IMG/VR virus record: IMGVR_UViG_3300021164_000690
Direction: 5' to 3' (one strand)
Length of the DNA stretch: 64,000 nt
Origin: an uncultured virus (IMG/VR IMGVR_UViG_3300021164_000690)
Taxonomy: Duplodnaviria > Heunggongvirae > Uroviricota > Caudoviricetes
Shown one piece after another: positions 9,545 through 18,983 of this stretch. Both the position numbers and the translations under genes were made by a program. Position 1 is the stretch's first letter; each line of letters starts with the position of its first letter. The notes below the pieces were generated by a model. That model saw only the letters and a list, made by a program, of their open reading frames with translations. It ran no database searches and was not told where the DNA came from.

Positions 9545-10311
9545 CTTGGGGCAAACTCCTGTTGTAATTTAATGTTATCAAAAAACTCTTTCTTAGCACC
9601 TGGATCAGTTTTAAATGAACCAGTAAGTACAGTTGTCTGTGTTAATGAACTATGTGCCATAATGCCGCGATTCTCACAGCAACCGTGTGTTGCTTGAATG
9701 TATACTGCTACGTTTTTGGAATTTGTTGCTCGGCTGATTTCCCTAGCAATGTCATTGCAAAGTTCCTCCTGGAGAGTACCTCGACGGGCACACCACTGAG
9801 CGATCCTTGTATACTTGCTAAGTCCGATGAGTTTCTCAGCCGCAATAATACCAATATAAGCAACGCCAGTAACGGGTTGGTGATGATGGCTACACATACT
9901 GCGAAGCTCGCTACGAACAACCAGCATGCCTTCATAACGGTCCGCCGAATCATTTGGAAAACATGTTGCGTCTGGTGCTGATTCATATCTACCTGCCATA
10001 ATTTCGTTAAAATACATCTTAGCAAGTCTACGTGCTGTGCCTTTGCTATTAGGATCGTTTTCTCTATCAATAAGTAAACTATCAAGCACTTGCTCAAATG
10101 CAGGTGTTGCTTCGTCAATTAATTTTTCTATATCACCTTCGTGCAAGTATTCACTGATGTTATCACCTGCCCAAAAACGTTTACCTTCACGTTTCATCTT
10201 AAAACGAATATGATCGCCTAAGTATGCTTCTTTGTAATCTTTGTTGTCGTCGCCTTGTTGTTCTGCACCGGTAAGTGCGTTCTTCAAGTCTTCTGTTGTA
10301 AATGTTGTCAA
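9541..10311 (-). CDS. folE: GTP cyclohydrolase I
   Basis: T-x-x-RLAKMY, SMCSHH, GLSKY-x-R, LQE, HGC-x-x-NRG; TTG start with GGAG SD. Confidence 0.95.
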   Translation of the reverse strand: MTTFTTEDLKNALTGAEQQGDDNKDYKEAYLGDHIRFKMKREGKRFWAGDNISEYLHEGDIEKLIDEATPAFEQVLDSLLIDRENDPNSKGTARRLAKMYFNEIMAGRYESAPDATCFPNDSADRYEGMLVVRSELRSMCSHHHQPVTGVAYIGIIAAEKLIGLSKYTRIAQWCARRGTLQEELCNDIAREISRATNSKNVAVYIQATHGCCENRGIMAHSSLTQTTVLTGSFKTDPGAKKEFFDNIKLQQEFAPR

Positions 10312-10334
10312 GTTAATTCTCCGATCATTTGTAC

Positions 10335-10363
10335 ATTATATAGATTATTTAGGCAAATGTCAA
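10335..10363 (-). promoter_or_regulatory. sigma70 consensus promoter for the folE-queE unit
   Basis: TTGACA-17 bp-TATAAT; spacer also contains TAAATA. Confidence 0.85.
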
Positions 10364-10467
10364 CTAAAGTATCCATAAGATACAACAAACCCTATACCAA
10401 ACCAGAAAATTACATATTCTAACCAATATTTTTCAAGTAAATTTTCTATCTTATTTTTAAGAGTCAT
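10360..10467 (-). CDS. small membrane peptide (35 aa, not in ORF track)
   Basis: MTLKNKIENLLEKYWLEYVIFWFGIGFVVSYGYFS; fills the intergenic gap, GGA SD. Confidence 0.55.
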   Translation of the reverse strand: MTLKNKIENLLEKYWLEYVIFWFGIGFVVSYGYFS

Positions 10468-10479
10468 ATGTTGTTTCCA

Positions 10480-10677
10480 TCAAATTATGTTGCGATCTTT
10501 TTTATAGTTTTCGTAGTGCCGCTTGCGGCATTCTTCTTTAACTGATTGCGGAATATCTGGATGCCATTCTGCCATTCCGCAATCGTAATATCTACCTTGA
10601 GGTTGATTTTGTATAATCATATATCCAAAGATACTCAATATTGTAACGGCAAGTATGACAATGATAATATCCTTCAT
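10480..10677 (-). CDS. small membrane-anchored hypothetical protein
   Basis: N-terminal TM helix, YYDC...HPD...EEC. Confidence 0.7.
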   Translation of the reverse strand: MKDIIIVILAVTILSIFGYMIIQNQPQGRYYDCGMAEWHPDIPQSVKEECRKRHYENYKKDRNII

Positions 10678-10883
10678 AGTCGTTCGCTCAAAAGTATACG
10701 ACATAAATCAGCATCTTTTTTATTTTTAAATGTAAAGGTCATGCAATCTTCTTCAGGATGAGATTCGTATCTGTTTCCAGGCAATCCAAATACTTCTAGT
10801 ACTAGAGCACATGTTTCATTCCACCAAAAACCATTTTGGTTGTCCCATAATACTGCTACTTGATTCTCATTTGTCGCTAACAC
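10674..10883 (-). CDS. hypothetical protein
   Basis: ORF; likely GTG start at 10883 with AAGGA SD. Confidence 0.65.
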   Translation of the reverse strand: MLATNENQVAVLWDNQNGFWWNETCALVLEVFGLPGNRYESHPEEDCMTFTFKNKKDADLCRILLSERL

Positions 10884-11247
10884 GATAGTTTCCTTTTTCT
10901 GGAATAACATGTCTAACACCTCCACGTGGATCTTCCATATCACCCTTGCGTCTAGGAATCATATGTACATGTGGATACATTATTGTTTGTCCAGCAGCCT
11001 CGCCACAGTTTTGTCCGACATTAAAAGCGTCCCACCTGCCCGACTCGACGCCCATGTAACCAAATTTGTATGCGGCTTTGTAACAATCCCAGAGATGGTC
11101 CCAGTCTTCTTTGGTAGGCACAAATAACAGATGTCCTTCCGTAACTGGGTATGCATCTCGGAAGACCCAATAGTCTTTAGTTCGGTATTCAATACCGGTC
11201 CACGGTGCTCGTTTTTCATCAAGTGCCCTTTCAATATCAGTTGTCAT
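10867..11247 (-). CDS. HIT family nucleotide hydrolase
   Basis: DAYPVTEGHLLFVPT, AAGQTI-x-x-PHVHMIPR (first triad His replaced by Tyr). Confidence 0.9.
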   Translation of the reverse strand: MTTDIERALDEKRAPWTGIEYRTKDYWVFRDAYPVTEGHLLFVPTKEDWDHLWDCYKAAYKFGYMGVESGRWDAFNVGQNCGEAAGQTIMYPHVHMIPRRKGDMEDPRGGVRHVIPEKGNYRVSDK

Positions 11248-11788
11248 TGCGCCAAAACTCTTCCCAAGGATAAACTAACCAACAGTCCTCTTCTGCTTTG
11301 TTGACTTCCCAAACAGAGTAGTCAACAGTTTCTTTACTTGCCATATTGTTAGTTAGTGTAGCAAATCGAACATTGCCTCCCCACACGTGATTCCAAAAAT
11401 CGTGATCGGGATGACAGCCACTTGGCCAGTCTTGTTTGATCCAGGCAATAGTGCTACCTTGATCATTAATGTCGTCTACAATAAGAATTTTTTTTCTGTA
11501 AGCCGGATCAACAAACGTGCCAGTGGATTCTCGTATTTCACTAGGGACACAACCAAATGCATCTTCAGCCATGCCTAAGTCGCTTACACAATCTCCACCA
11601 TCACGTAAACTTACTTGTAATGGACGCATGGGAATTCCCATATATTGACTAAGCAGTACTGCTGGCACAGCACCGCCACGTGTGATACCTACAATATAAT
11701 CTGGACGCCAGTTGTCTTGCTGTAGCTGTCTAGCAATATCTAAACAAGCACCTTCAATTTGACTCCAGCTATAGTAAACCTTTTTCAT
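11237..11788 (-). CDS. purine phosphoribosyltransferase (Gpt-like type I PRTase)
   Basis: IVGITRGG, ILIVDDINDQGST PRPP loop, C-terminal WLVYPWE. Confidence 0.9.
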   Translation of the reverse strand: MKKVYYSWSQIEGACLDIARQLQQDNWRPDYIVGITRGGAVPAVLLSQYMGIPMRPLQVSLRDGGDCVSDLGMAEDAFGCVPSEIRESTGTFVDPAYRKKILIVDDINDQGSTIAWIKQDWPSGCHPDHDFWNHVWGGNVRFATLTNNMASKETVDYSVWEVNKAEEDCWLVYPWEEFWRNDN

Positions 11789-11796
11789 TAAGTGCC

Positions 11797-12024
11797 TTAC
11801 TGTAAATTACGATTATCATCTTCTTCTGAACGCATAATTGCTTCAACAATGTCTTCATCTAAATCTTCTATATCTACCTCATGGGAGTTTTCTTCAAGTT
11901 CTCCACTTTTGAACATACGATGAATTTCAGAAACAAGTTCGTCAAGTTCTTCTTGTGTGCCATCAAAATTATCAAAGCAGCCTGGTGCAAATTCGATTTT
12001 AGTTGCTTTTGGTTTATCAGTCAT
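11797..12024 (-). CDS. small acidic hypothetical protein
   Basis: ORF from ATG 12024, FAPGCFDNFDGTQEELDEL. Confidence 0.7.
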   Translation of the reverse strand: MTDKPKATKIEFAPGCFDNFDGTQEELDELVSEIHRMFKSGELEENSHEVDIEDLDEDIVEAIMRSEEDDNRNLQ

Positions 12025-12385
12025 GATCGCCTTTAATTGATTCAAATGTTCTATACTTACCCAATGCATTTATGTATTCGTCATACATCTTTTTTAGTTT
12101 TGGATATTTCTTTTCAAGTATAACATCTCTTTCAGGAATTTGCAAGACTTTTTCAATTGTGTTTAACCGTTCTTCCAAGTCACGGCCGTTAATAACCATT
12201 CGACCTTTAACTTCTAATTCTGGCGGAGTTTGTTTAACAATCATAACATTGTCATTTGGATTAGTCCACGTTGTACCGTTAGACCCACTTGTTAAAAACT
12301 GTCCTGATGTATTGGTAGTTGTATAAACGTAGCCACCACTAGTAGTATTAGCTATGTTGTTTGCGTTCTTCAAGATATAGCTCAT
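12017..12385 (-). CDS. hypothetical protein (T/S-rich N-terminus)
   Basis: ORF; C-terminal KKYPKLKKMYDEY. Confidence 0.7.
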   Translation of the reverse strand: MSYILKNANNIANTTSGGYVYTTTNTSGQFLTSGSNGTTWTNPNDNVMIVKQTPPELEVKGRMVINGRDLEERLNTIEKVLQIPERDVILEKKYPKLKKMYDEYINALGKYRTFESIKGDHD

Positions 12386-12803
12386 TATGTATCCATTTAT
12401 TTTTAACAAGGAATCCCCATTCTTGTTTTTGTGGACCTGGCATGAACAATGTCCACGCAGTTACGTTAGGATCAAGCTCAATACGATGATAGCTGTTAGC
12501 ACTACATATACGAAAATGTCCTGGACCTCGCCATTTACACATTTCACCTGACATATTACCTTGCTCGTCAAATAACGGAATCCATTCATAGTATCCGCCT
12601 TTTAAAATCAGTGTAGCATAAGGCCACGGATGATCATGTACATCGCCAGGATCTGACTGATGAAACTTGTGTAAAAATATGTTAAACGGAAACCAGTTAC
12701 GATCCTTTAGGAACAAATAGTAACGTGTGATAAGTGGAGCACCGTTTTGGCGATCCATAATAATACGTTTACGTCCAATGTGTTCTAAAAATTTAAGAAG
12801 CAT
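12348..12803 (-). CDS. cupin-fold protein
   Basis: HDHPW...ILKGGYYE...HRIEL...WTLF metal-binding cupin pattern. Confidence 0.7.
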   Translation of the reverse strand: MLLKFLEHIGRKRIIMDRQNGAPLITRYYLFLKDRNWFPFNIFLHKFHQSDPGDVHDHPWPYATLILKGGYYEWIPLFDEQGNMSGEMCKWRGPGHFRICSANSYHRIELDPNVTAWTLFMPGPQKQEWGFLVKNKWIHNELYLEERKQHS

Positions 12804-13158
12804 ATTTATTGCCTTTCTTTGCTTCCCAATCGTCCTCAATCATTGCATAAGTTTGTTTGAATTTTTCAAATGCAATTTTTAAAGCAGGATATTCCTTACA
12901 CATTTTTTCAACTTCTGAGTAGCTAGGGAAACTATCAACCCATTCAATTGGTAAATTAAAACTCCAATTATCTGATCCACCAATAGTAATAGTATCTAAA
13001 GGAGAGATTGTACTAATACTTCCGCTTGCAAGTGTATAACTTCCAGCAAACACGGAAGTGTCTATAGTTACAGTATTGGCACTTGTTATTGACGACAAGT
13101 CAATTGTGTCACTGTTTAATGTTATTGAGTAAGTCTCTGGCGCTAAAGAACTGTTCAT
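12793..13158 (-). CDS. hypothetical protein (T/S-rich N-terminus)
   Basis: 121 aa; C-terminal KEYPALKIAFEKF. Confidence 0.7.
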   Translation of the reverse strand: MNSSLAPETYSITLNSDTIDLSSITSANTVTIDTSVFAGSYTLASGSISTISPLDTITIGGSDNWSFNLPIEWVDSFPSYSEVEKMCKEYPALKIAFEKFKQTYAMIEDDWEAKKGNKYAS

Positions 13159-14182
13159 TTAAGATATCCTTTTGTTTTCTAATTTGTGGAATCCTAGTTC
13201 TGTAATTATCCATATGCTGTATAATTTCTTTACACAAATTAGGACGATATACATTATATGCGTCCCAGCTTTCGGTCCACTTACTTGGATACTTAAATGT
13301 GTCCAAGTACATTTCTTTGTAACTTAGTCTGTCAGGAACCATTGGAATTGCATCTACAACAGTGCCTTCATAACAACTAATGCCTAATGTTTCTTGCAAA
13401 TTAGCACTAAACACTAGTTTTGCCTCACCCAATAAATTATGATATTCATTTTTAGTCAGTTGTTGATCTTGACATACGACAAATTCATATTGTGGTAAGT
13501 GTTCTTTTAAATCTCTAAAAATATTAACTTGTTTTTCTGGAGCAATACGATGTGGGAATAAGATAAGATCACGCTTGGGCATGTTCTTATACATTGTTAA
13601 CGTATCTTCCATATACTCCATGGGCCATCCTGTGCGTATAATTTTACTTTGATTAGTATAATAGTTTGGTGGAGTAAGAGTATCATGGAACAAGTTTTCA
13701 GTAAACATGTTAATATGAAACTCTGTAGCAAAGTAGTTATAATCAAATGAATGGAAGAAACTTTTCTCAGCATGTCTAACCCAAGGTTTAGCACCAACCA
13801 AGCGTCCAAGAAAGTCTTGTGGATCATATGATCCAGCATGCCATAAGCCGTGTGTAGTTACCGGAATACCTAGCAACTCACTCATGTACTTTAAGTTTAT
13901 GATACCAGGATGCCAAGCATCAGTAAAGATAAAGTGATCGCCGGAATGAACGGCTCCGTTACAAAATAAACGACCCATCTGCTCAACTTGACTAGCCTTG
14001 TATATATTAGTCCCGCCAAAGTTAAGAAACGCTCCTGGAGTGGTAGCACTAGGTATGTCCATAGGACCAGAGATAATTTGAACATTGTGTCCTGCCTTTT
14101 TAAGTAGTTTGGGTACACTAGTTTTCCATTGACCAGTGTACCGTGTGTCAACTGCTTCAAGGTCGACTAAAAAGACTTTCAT
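13109..14182 (-). CDS. GT-B glycosyltransferase (GT4-like)
   Basis: FPHRIAPEK, SANLQETLGISCYEG (E-x7-E), VPDRLSY-x-E. Confidence 0.85.
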   Translation of the reverse strand: MKVFLVDLEAVDTRYTGQWKTSVPKLLKKAGHNVQIISGPMDIPSATTPGAFLNFGGTNIYKASQVEQMGRLFCNGAVHSGDHFIFTDAWHPGIINLKYMSELLGIPVTTHGLWHAGSYDPQDFLGRLVGAKPWVRHAEKSFFHSFDYNYFATEFHINMFTENLFHDTLTPPNYYTNQSKIIRTGWPMEYMEDTLTMYKNMPKRDLILFPHRIAPEKQVNIFRDLKEHLPQYEFVVCQDQQLTKNEYHNLLGEAKLVFSANLQETLGISCYEGTVVDAIPMVPDRLSYKEMYLDTFKYPSKWTESWDAYNVYRPNLCKEIIQHMDNYRTRIPQIRKQKDILNEQFFSARDLLNNIKQ

Positions 14183-14421
14183 CAGTCTTTGAACCTTGGT
14201 TTGCTGTTAAAATTTGGATTATGTGGACGAGGATTCTTGCCCAAATAAGGTTTACGTTCACCGTTCCATGCCTTCTTAGGTCGACGGCTGTACTCAAAAT
14301 CTCGCCAATTTTGACTTTCCCTATTATAAAGGTCGGCTGGGTTATAGTTACGCAACTCAAAGCGACAAAAGTCGAGATAGTTGTCCAGGTCATCAAAAAT
14401 CTTAACGACTTCGTTTTTCAT
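14182..14421 (-). CDS. hypothetical protein
   Basis: ORF from ATG 14421 with AAGGA SD. Confidence 0.65.
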   Translation of the reverse strand: MKNEVVKIFDDLDNYLDFCRFELRNYNPADLYNRESQNWRDFEYSRRPKKAWNGERKPYLGKNPRPHNPNFNSKPRFKD

Positions 14422-14440
14422 AGGAGTATTTCCTTTAATT

Positions 14441-14836
14441 TTAGTACTTAATAAATGAACCATTTTCTCCGTCTTCGGAGACCTCAATCCAAACCTCACG
14501 GCCTGGATACTTATTGGAAATAGTGTCGTACAATTCGTCCGACATCATTTCGCAACTCTTATGATCTAGCGACAAAACACCTTGTGCGCTAGAATACAGT
14601 TGTTCAAGCCATCGCTTGAATTGTATGAATTCCACATCTCTGTCATTGTGGGTGACACTAAGCCATACCCTAAAATGGAAAATATGACGATGAGGATTAG
14701 CAAGAAACGATACATCATATTGATCTCCTGTTGCTAGGTTAGGGTCTGTTGCGGCCGCAGGATAGCAATGGATGCCTTCCTTTTGAAATGTGACCCAAAT
14801 CATTTTAAGCGGCCGTATATCTTGTTTAAGAATCAT
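14441..14836 (-). CDS. QueD/PTPS-like T-fold protein
   Basis: EGIH, HRH metal motif, SCE (equivalent to TAE), EVSEDGEN C-terminal; near folE/queE. Confidence 0.7.
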   Translation of the reverse strand: MILKQDIRPLKMIWVTFQKEGIHCYPAAATDPNLATGDQYDVSFLANPHRHIFHFRVWLSVTHNDRDVEFIQFKRWLEQLYSSAQGVLSLDHKSCEMMSDELYDTISNKYPGREVWIEVSEDGENGSFIKY

Positions 14837-15369
14837 AGTGTTGTATCTTGTGTGTACTGATCCCAATGAGTGTACTTGTCTTTACTCATCAAGCTCTGTA
14901 AGTGATGTGTCCACACACCTGGATTTGTAGCACCCCAAGTTCGGTCGTCCAGTTTAAGTGTGGCATTATAGTTGAGTTGATTAATGTAAGGTAACTTGAC
15001 ACTAATCATGGGAACAAATCGAGGATATTCGTTATATGCTGATTCCAATACACCTTCAATGTGTTCAACACCAAAGTCTAAAGTAACCCAATAGTCTGCT
15101 TTTAAACAGCCAATAATAACTTCATCCCATGCTTTATATTCTTCGTGGCTAATACTTTTAGGATTAAAACTTTGACTAGTGCCAAAGTAAATATGTTTAA
15201 TACGTTTGCTTTCGTCCAAGTATGCTTGTGTATCCCCTGCCTTACGAAGTATGTCTTCTAAAGGAGGTGTGCCTACAACAAACAAAGTGAACATGCCATG
15301 ACAAACAGTATGCTCTACTTCGTAGCCTGTAAAATATGTGACGTCTTGTCTTTGTTGTGTATCTAACAT
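14833..15369 (-). CDS. conserved hypothetical protein in modification cluster
   Basis: 178 aa, FTGYEVEHT...HIYFG...KLDD...TNPGVW; coupled to the QueD-like gene. Confidence 0.75.
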   Translation of the reverse strand: MLDTQQRQDVTYFTGYEVEHTVCHGMFTLFVVGTPPLEDILRKAGDTQAYLDESKRIKHIYFGTSQSFNPKSISHEEYKAWDEVIIGCLKADYWVTLDFGVEHIEGVLESAYNEYPRFVPMISVKLPYINQLNYNATLKLDDRTWGATNPGVWTHHLQSLMSKDKYTHWDQYTQDTTL

Positions 15370-15375
15370 GTTGTA

Positions 15376-15404
15376 AGTATATAATAATTAATATATAAAG
15401 TCAA
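15376..15404 (-). promoter_or_regulatory. sigma70-type promoter; predicted +1 coincides with ATG 15369
   Basis: TTGACT-17 bp-TATACT. Confidence 0.75.
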
Positions 15405-15412
15405 ATCCAATT

Positions 15413-16306
15413 TTACCAAAGTAAGTAGCCTCTGCTTTGATTGGCTTTTCGATTAATACTTTCTTCAAATGCTTGTTCCCACTGTGATACTCTAGGATAT
15501 GCGTTTGACCAAAATCTATCAACAATTATGTCACCGTTTTCAATCCAAGTAGCCGCATCTTGCATACATTTATAAAAACCTTCAGTTCTTGGACTAGGGA
15601 ACATAATAGTACATGCTTTCCAAAGTAAATTACCAAAATCAGTGTTTACTTGCTTTTGATTTCCAAACACAATTAACGCTTCGTTGTTTACGATTGGTTG
15701 ATCAAATACATCTGGGCCTGAACCCAAATCAATAATAACGTCAAAGGTTCCAGTGTATTCTTCAGAAAGCAGTTCTCCCCACTGACGTTTATTGCTTTTA
15801 CCTTTTACTGTGATTTCAAAATCTAAATGATTTAGTTTAATTGTATGATACGCAACCCAAGCAAGGAAGCCACTGCCTATAATCAGCAATCTCTTACCTG
15901 GCCCACTTCGTTCTGCAATTTCTCTAATGGGTTGATGAATAATATTAATCCCGCATGCTACTGGTTCTAGTATGTATTTAGGATCAGCTTCGGGTACCTT
16001 AACATATTCTCTAGCACGTACATTATATACATCCGCATACGCAGGCTCGCCACGTGTTGCCACAAGGTCTCCTACTTTAACATCAGTTACTTTATTACCA
16101 ATTTCAATAATTTGACCCAATCCTTCGTGACCATGCATATTTGATGGCAATAACGCAAACTTTCCTTGCATCATATCAATGTCACTTCTACAAATACCAG
16201 TCATAACCGCTGCTACTTGGATTTCTGTTTCTCCAGGAGGCTGTACATCGTACTTTGCTTCAAAGAAAGCACCTTTACCGTCTGTTTGTAATGTATCTAC
16301 TATCAT
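15413..16306 (-). CDS. Zn-dependent medium-chain alcohol/sugar dehydrogenase (MDR)
   Basis: GICRSD, GHEGLG, VKVGD-x-V, EPVAC, IIGSG. Confidence 0.85.
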   Translation of the reverse strand: MIVDTLQTDGKGAFFEAKYDVQPPGETEIQVAAVMTGICRSDIDMMQGKFALLPSNMHGHEGLGQIIEIGNKVTDVKVGDLVATRGEPAYADVYNVRAREYVKVPEADPKYILEPVACGINIIHQPIREIAERSGPGKRLLIIGSGFLAWVAYHTIKLNHLDFEITVKGKSNKRQWGELLSEEYTGTFDVIIDLGSGPDVFDQPIVNNEALIVFGNQKQVNTDFGNLLWKACTIMFPSPRTEGFYKCMQDAATWIENGDIIVDRFWSNAYPRVSQWEQAFEESINRKANQSRGYLLW

Positions 16307-17187
16307 AAATCTTCTATCCTTTCATGTATCCAAAAGTCTTGTTGTAATTGTTCTTGCCAAAAATTGTTGTTAGTTAGGTTTTCAATAGTATCAACAATCA
16401 TATTATGATATGCTTCTTCTGGGCACCAACCTAGTTCAAAACGTTCTACGCTACCATCTTCCATTGTAAATTTAATAGAGCTATCGTCTTCATGCATATT
16501 AGCCCAATCTGCTAGTAAAGTCCATTTATTACCAAATAACAGATGGCAACGATCATCCACATCGTATGTCCCATTAGGATTTATAGTTCCATATTCAGTA
16601 CTTTTAATATTTTCCAGATTATGACATTGTAGTGAGTGTCTTCCAGTTTGTTGTTCTTTTAGCCAGTTTGGATTCATAGCAACATAAAGACTTAGTAAGT
16701 GTGGCATTAGATCTCTACTAACTCCGCCAAACGCTAATTTTTTAGTAGTAAACCAGCTGCCTGGATTGGGAATACAATTTTTCCTACTCCAAAATATGTC
16801 TACAGTCTTTGCTTTAGCGGCTAATTCCTTTAATTCACTTATATTACTACGCCACATGTTATTTTTAACCATCATGAAGCGTGTATTGCTAAATGTTTGA
16901 ACCAATGTAGCCCAGTTTTCTGATCGAGCAACACCAGGTTTTTCAACAAATACAATTTTACTTACAGGTGCAACTCGGGTTGCAATGTCAAAATGTGTAA
17001 AGTTAGGTGTACAAATATGTACAGTATCAAACGGAGCATACAATAGTATAGCAGAATCAATACTGGGTAACATTGCACCTTTTGTAATATCCTGATCCAC
17101 AGTAATAACTTCGTGGCCAAGTTTGTCTAGCACAGATTTGTACAAGTTTCCAATACCCATACCAATGACTAGACTACGCTTGCTCAT
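16303..17187 (-). CDS. Gfo/Idh/MocA family NAD(P) oxidoreductase
   Basis: VIGMGIG, VHICTPNFTH, VFVEKP, GGV-x-x-DL-x-x-H. Confidence 0.85.
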   Translation of the reverse strand: MSKRSLVIGMGIGNLYKSVLDKLGHEVITVDQDITKGAMLPSIDSAILLYAPFDTVHICTPNFTHFDIATRVAPVSKIVFVEKPGVARSENWATLVQTFSNTRFMMVKNNMWRSNISELKELAAKAKTVDIFWSRKNCIPNPGSWFTTKKLAFGGVSRDLMPHLLSLYVAMNPNWLKEQQTGRHSLQCHNLENIKSTEYGTINPNGTYDVDDRCHLLFGNKWTLLADWANMHEDDSSIKFTMEDGSVERFELGWCPEEAYHNMIVDTIENLTNNNFWQEQLQQDFWIHERIEDL

Positions 17188-17419
17188 TTTTCTTTTCCTC
17201 GTAGGATTTAAACATTCGAGTTACCTCTTCCATGCGTTTGGCAAACACATGCGGGCTTGCTTCTGCGGCCTGCTCCATATCCCAGTCGCTAGGATAATGA
17301 CGCAAACAACTTCTAGCGCCGTCTTTAATTGCTTTTGGAACTCGAGGAGTAGTTAGAATCTCAAGTAAAAACTTTTGAGTCTGCAATACTGCTCGATATC
17401 TTTCATCAGGTAGCGTCAT
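17174..17419 (-). CDS. hypothetical phage protein (MTLPDERYRA...LRHYP)
   Basis: 81 aa ORF, overlapping neighbours. Confidence 0.75.
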   Translation of the reverse strand: MTLPDERYRAVLQTQKFLLEILTTPRVPKAIKDGARSCLRHYPSDWDMEQAAEASPHVFAKRMEEVTRMFKSYEEKKNEQA

Positions 17420-18983
17420 CTTCTTTCTCGATTTCAGTTTCTAGTTCATCAAGTTTGTTAATTTCATCTTCACTAAATTCATCGCTATGTTCAACAACTG
17501 GTTGTGCAACAACTGGAGCAGTTTCTACAACCTCAAACAAGTTTTCAAAATTTGTATGAGCATTGATAGCTTTCTTACCACTTGCGCCACGTGTACCAAT
17601 AACACGATTCCAAAAGAATCTAAATTCATCGATAACTTTTAACGCAGTACCTTTGTCGCTTGTAGCAAACAATGCTTCAACAATGTCTTTAAAGAATATC
17701 TGATCAAAACGTTCGTCAACTAACATATTAGGGCAACGACCAGCATCATATTGTCTGTTGGCTTCTTGAACAGCGTTCAAATGCATCCAAACATTATGAC
17801 CCATCATAATGCCATAACTAAAACTATCCCACGATGTTTTATTAACTTGTCCAAACTTGTTAGTATCGCCTGGGCCGTAAATGCAAATTTCATTGAGTTT
17901 AATCTGATCAATAATGGGACTAGATTCAAATACTTTTAAAATGCCATCTTGAATAACTGCGTCTTTATACAAACGTGTATCGTTAGCATACTTCTTGTCA
18001 TCAGCACTTGATGTCATTCTGTATGTCCATTTTTTACGATCTTCTGTTTCTGTTTGAATATAAATCTGTCCGTTAGCAGTTGCTAAGAACGGGCTTGCAC
18101 AGTCAAAGCTGATACTAAAGTTTTCGTTATGATGTTTGCGAACAACACGTTGAATATCTGTAAGTAATACTGCCCATTCTAATTTACTTGTACCTAAAAA
18201 GTGCATCCAATCTTGATGACCTTTTTCTAACAATCCATCAAAACGTAATTCAACTAATCGTCTTAGTACAAGCTCGACATCACACATGTTCTGGCCACCC
18301 ATACCCCAGCCATTAAATGCACGATCACCGTATTGCTTTGGATCACAATACTTTTTCATGCGATCATACCAGTCATCTGCTTGACCGTGATTCTCGCCTT
18401 GTAATACGTTTAAGAACTTGCAATTGCCGTTTCGATTATTAACAAAGTAATCATTATTAATATATGTGCCATTAACTGCATCAGCATAACTGCTAATGCC
18501 GATTAGTTTAGGACTTTCTGGATTTTTAGCAGTCCAACTTGGAATATCAAGACACATACCATAGTCCATTAAGGTATCCATCCAAGCTAAAACTTGTTTA
18601 CGCTTTTTCATTGCACGTGGACAGTTGGGATCTTTCCAATCACCAGTCCATTTGCCTTTACCAATTTGGAAACCACCAGAGTCACCTAACACCCAAGATG
18701 TATTGCGATCTCTGTTACGGAACATATCCTCTTTTGGATCAAACTTATTCAAGTCTAAGTTAGCATGTCCAGCACTATACAAGCACCAGTGATAATAAAA
18801 TGCACCCTTGTCTGGATCCAAATAGTTGAGACTCTCCGCACCGTGTGCAAATGATGGCGGAATACGAGTGGGGTCTACATAATTAAAATGACGTTGTTTA
18901 CCAACAAACGTCGAATAAAATGTCGACGTTGCTGGCAAAAACTTTGCGTAATCGCTTTGTGTAGCCGTTAAGTTTGTATTCAT
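17406..18983 (-). CDS. tRNA-guanine transglycosylase-like protein, probable DNA 7-deazaguanine insertase (DpdA-like)
   Basis: GDSGGFQ, MCLDIP, NVLQG, GWGMGG, MHFLG, SFDCAS, HN motifs of the TGT fold; near folE/queE/queD-like. Confidence 0.8.
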   Translation of the reverse strand: MNTNLTATQSDYAKFLPATSTFYSTFVGKQRHFNYVDPTRIPPSFAHGAESLNYLDPDKGAFYYHWCLYSAGHANLDLNKFDPKEDMFRNRDRNTSWVLGDSGGFQIGKGKWTGDWKDPNCPRAMKKRKQVLAWMDTLMDYGMCLDIPSWTAKNPESPKLIGISSYADAVNGTYINNDYFVNNRNGNCKFLNVLQGENHGQADDWYDRMKKYCDPKQYGDRAFNGWGMGGQNMCDVELVLRRLVELRFDGLLEKGHQDWMHFLGTSKLEWAVLLTDIQRVVRKHHNENFSISFDCASPFLATANGQIYIQTETEDRKKWTYRMTSSADDKKYANDTRLYKDAVIQDGILKVFESSPIIDQIKLNEICIYGPGDTNKFGQVNKTSWDSFSYGIMMGHNVWMHLNAVQEANRQYDAGRCPNMLVDERFDQIFFKDIVEALFATSDKGTALKVIDEFRFFWNRVIGTRGASGKKAINAHTNFENLFEVVETAPVVAQPVVEHSDEFSEDEINKLDELETEIEKEDDAT

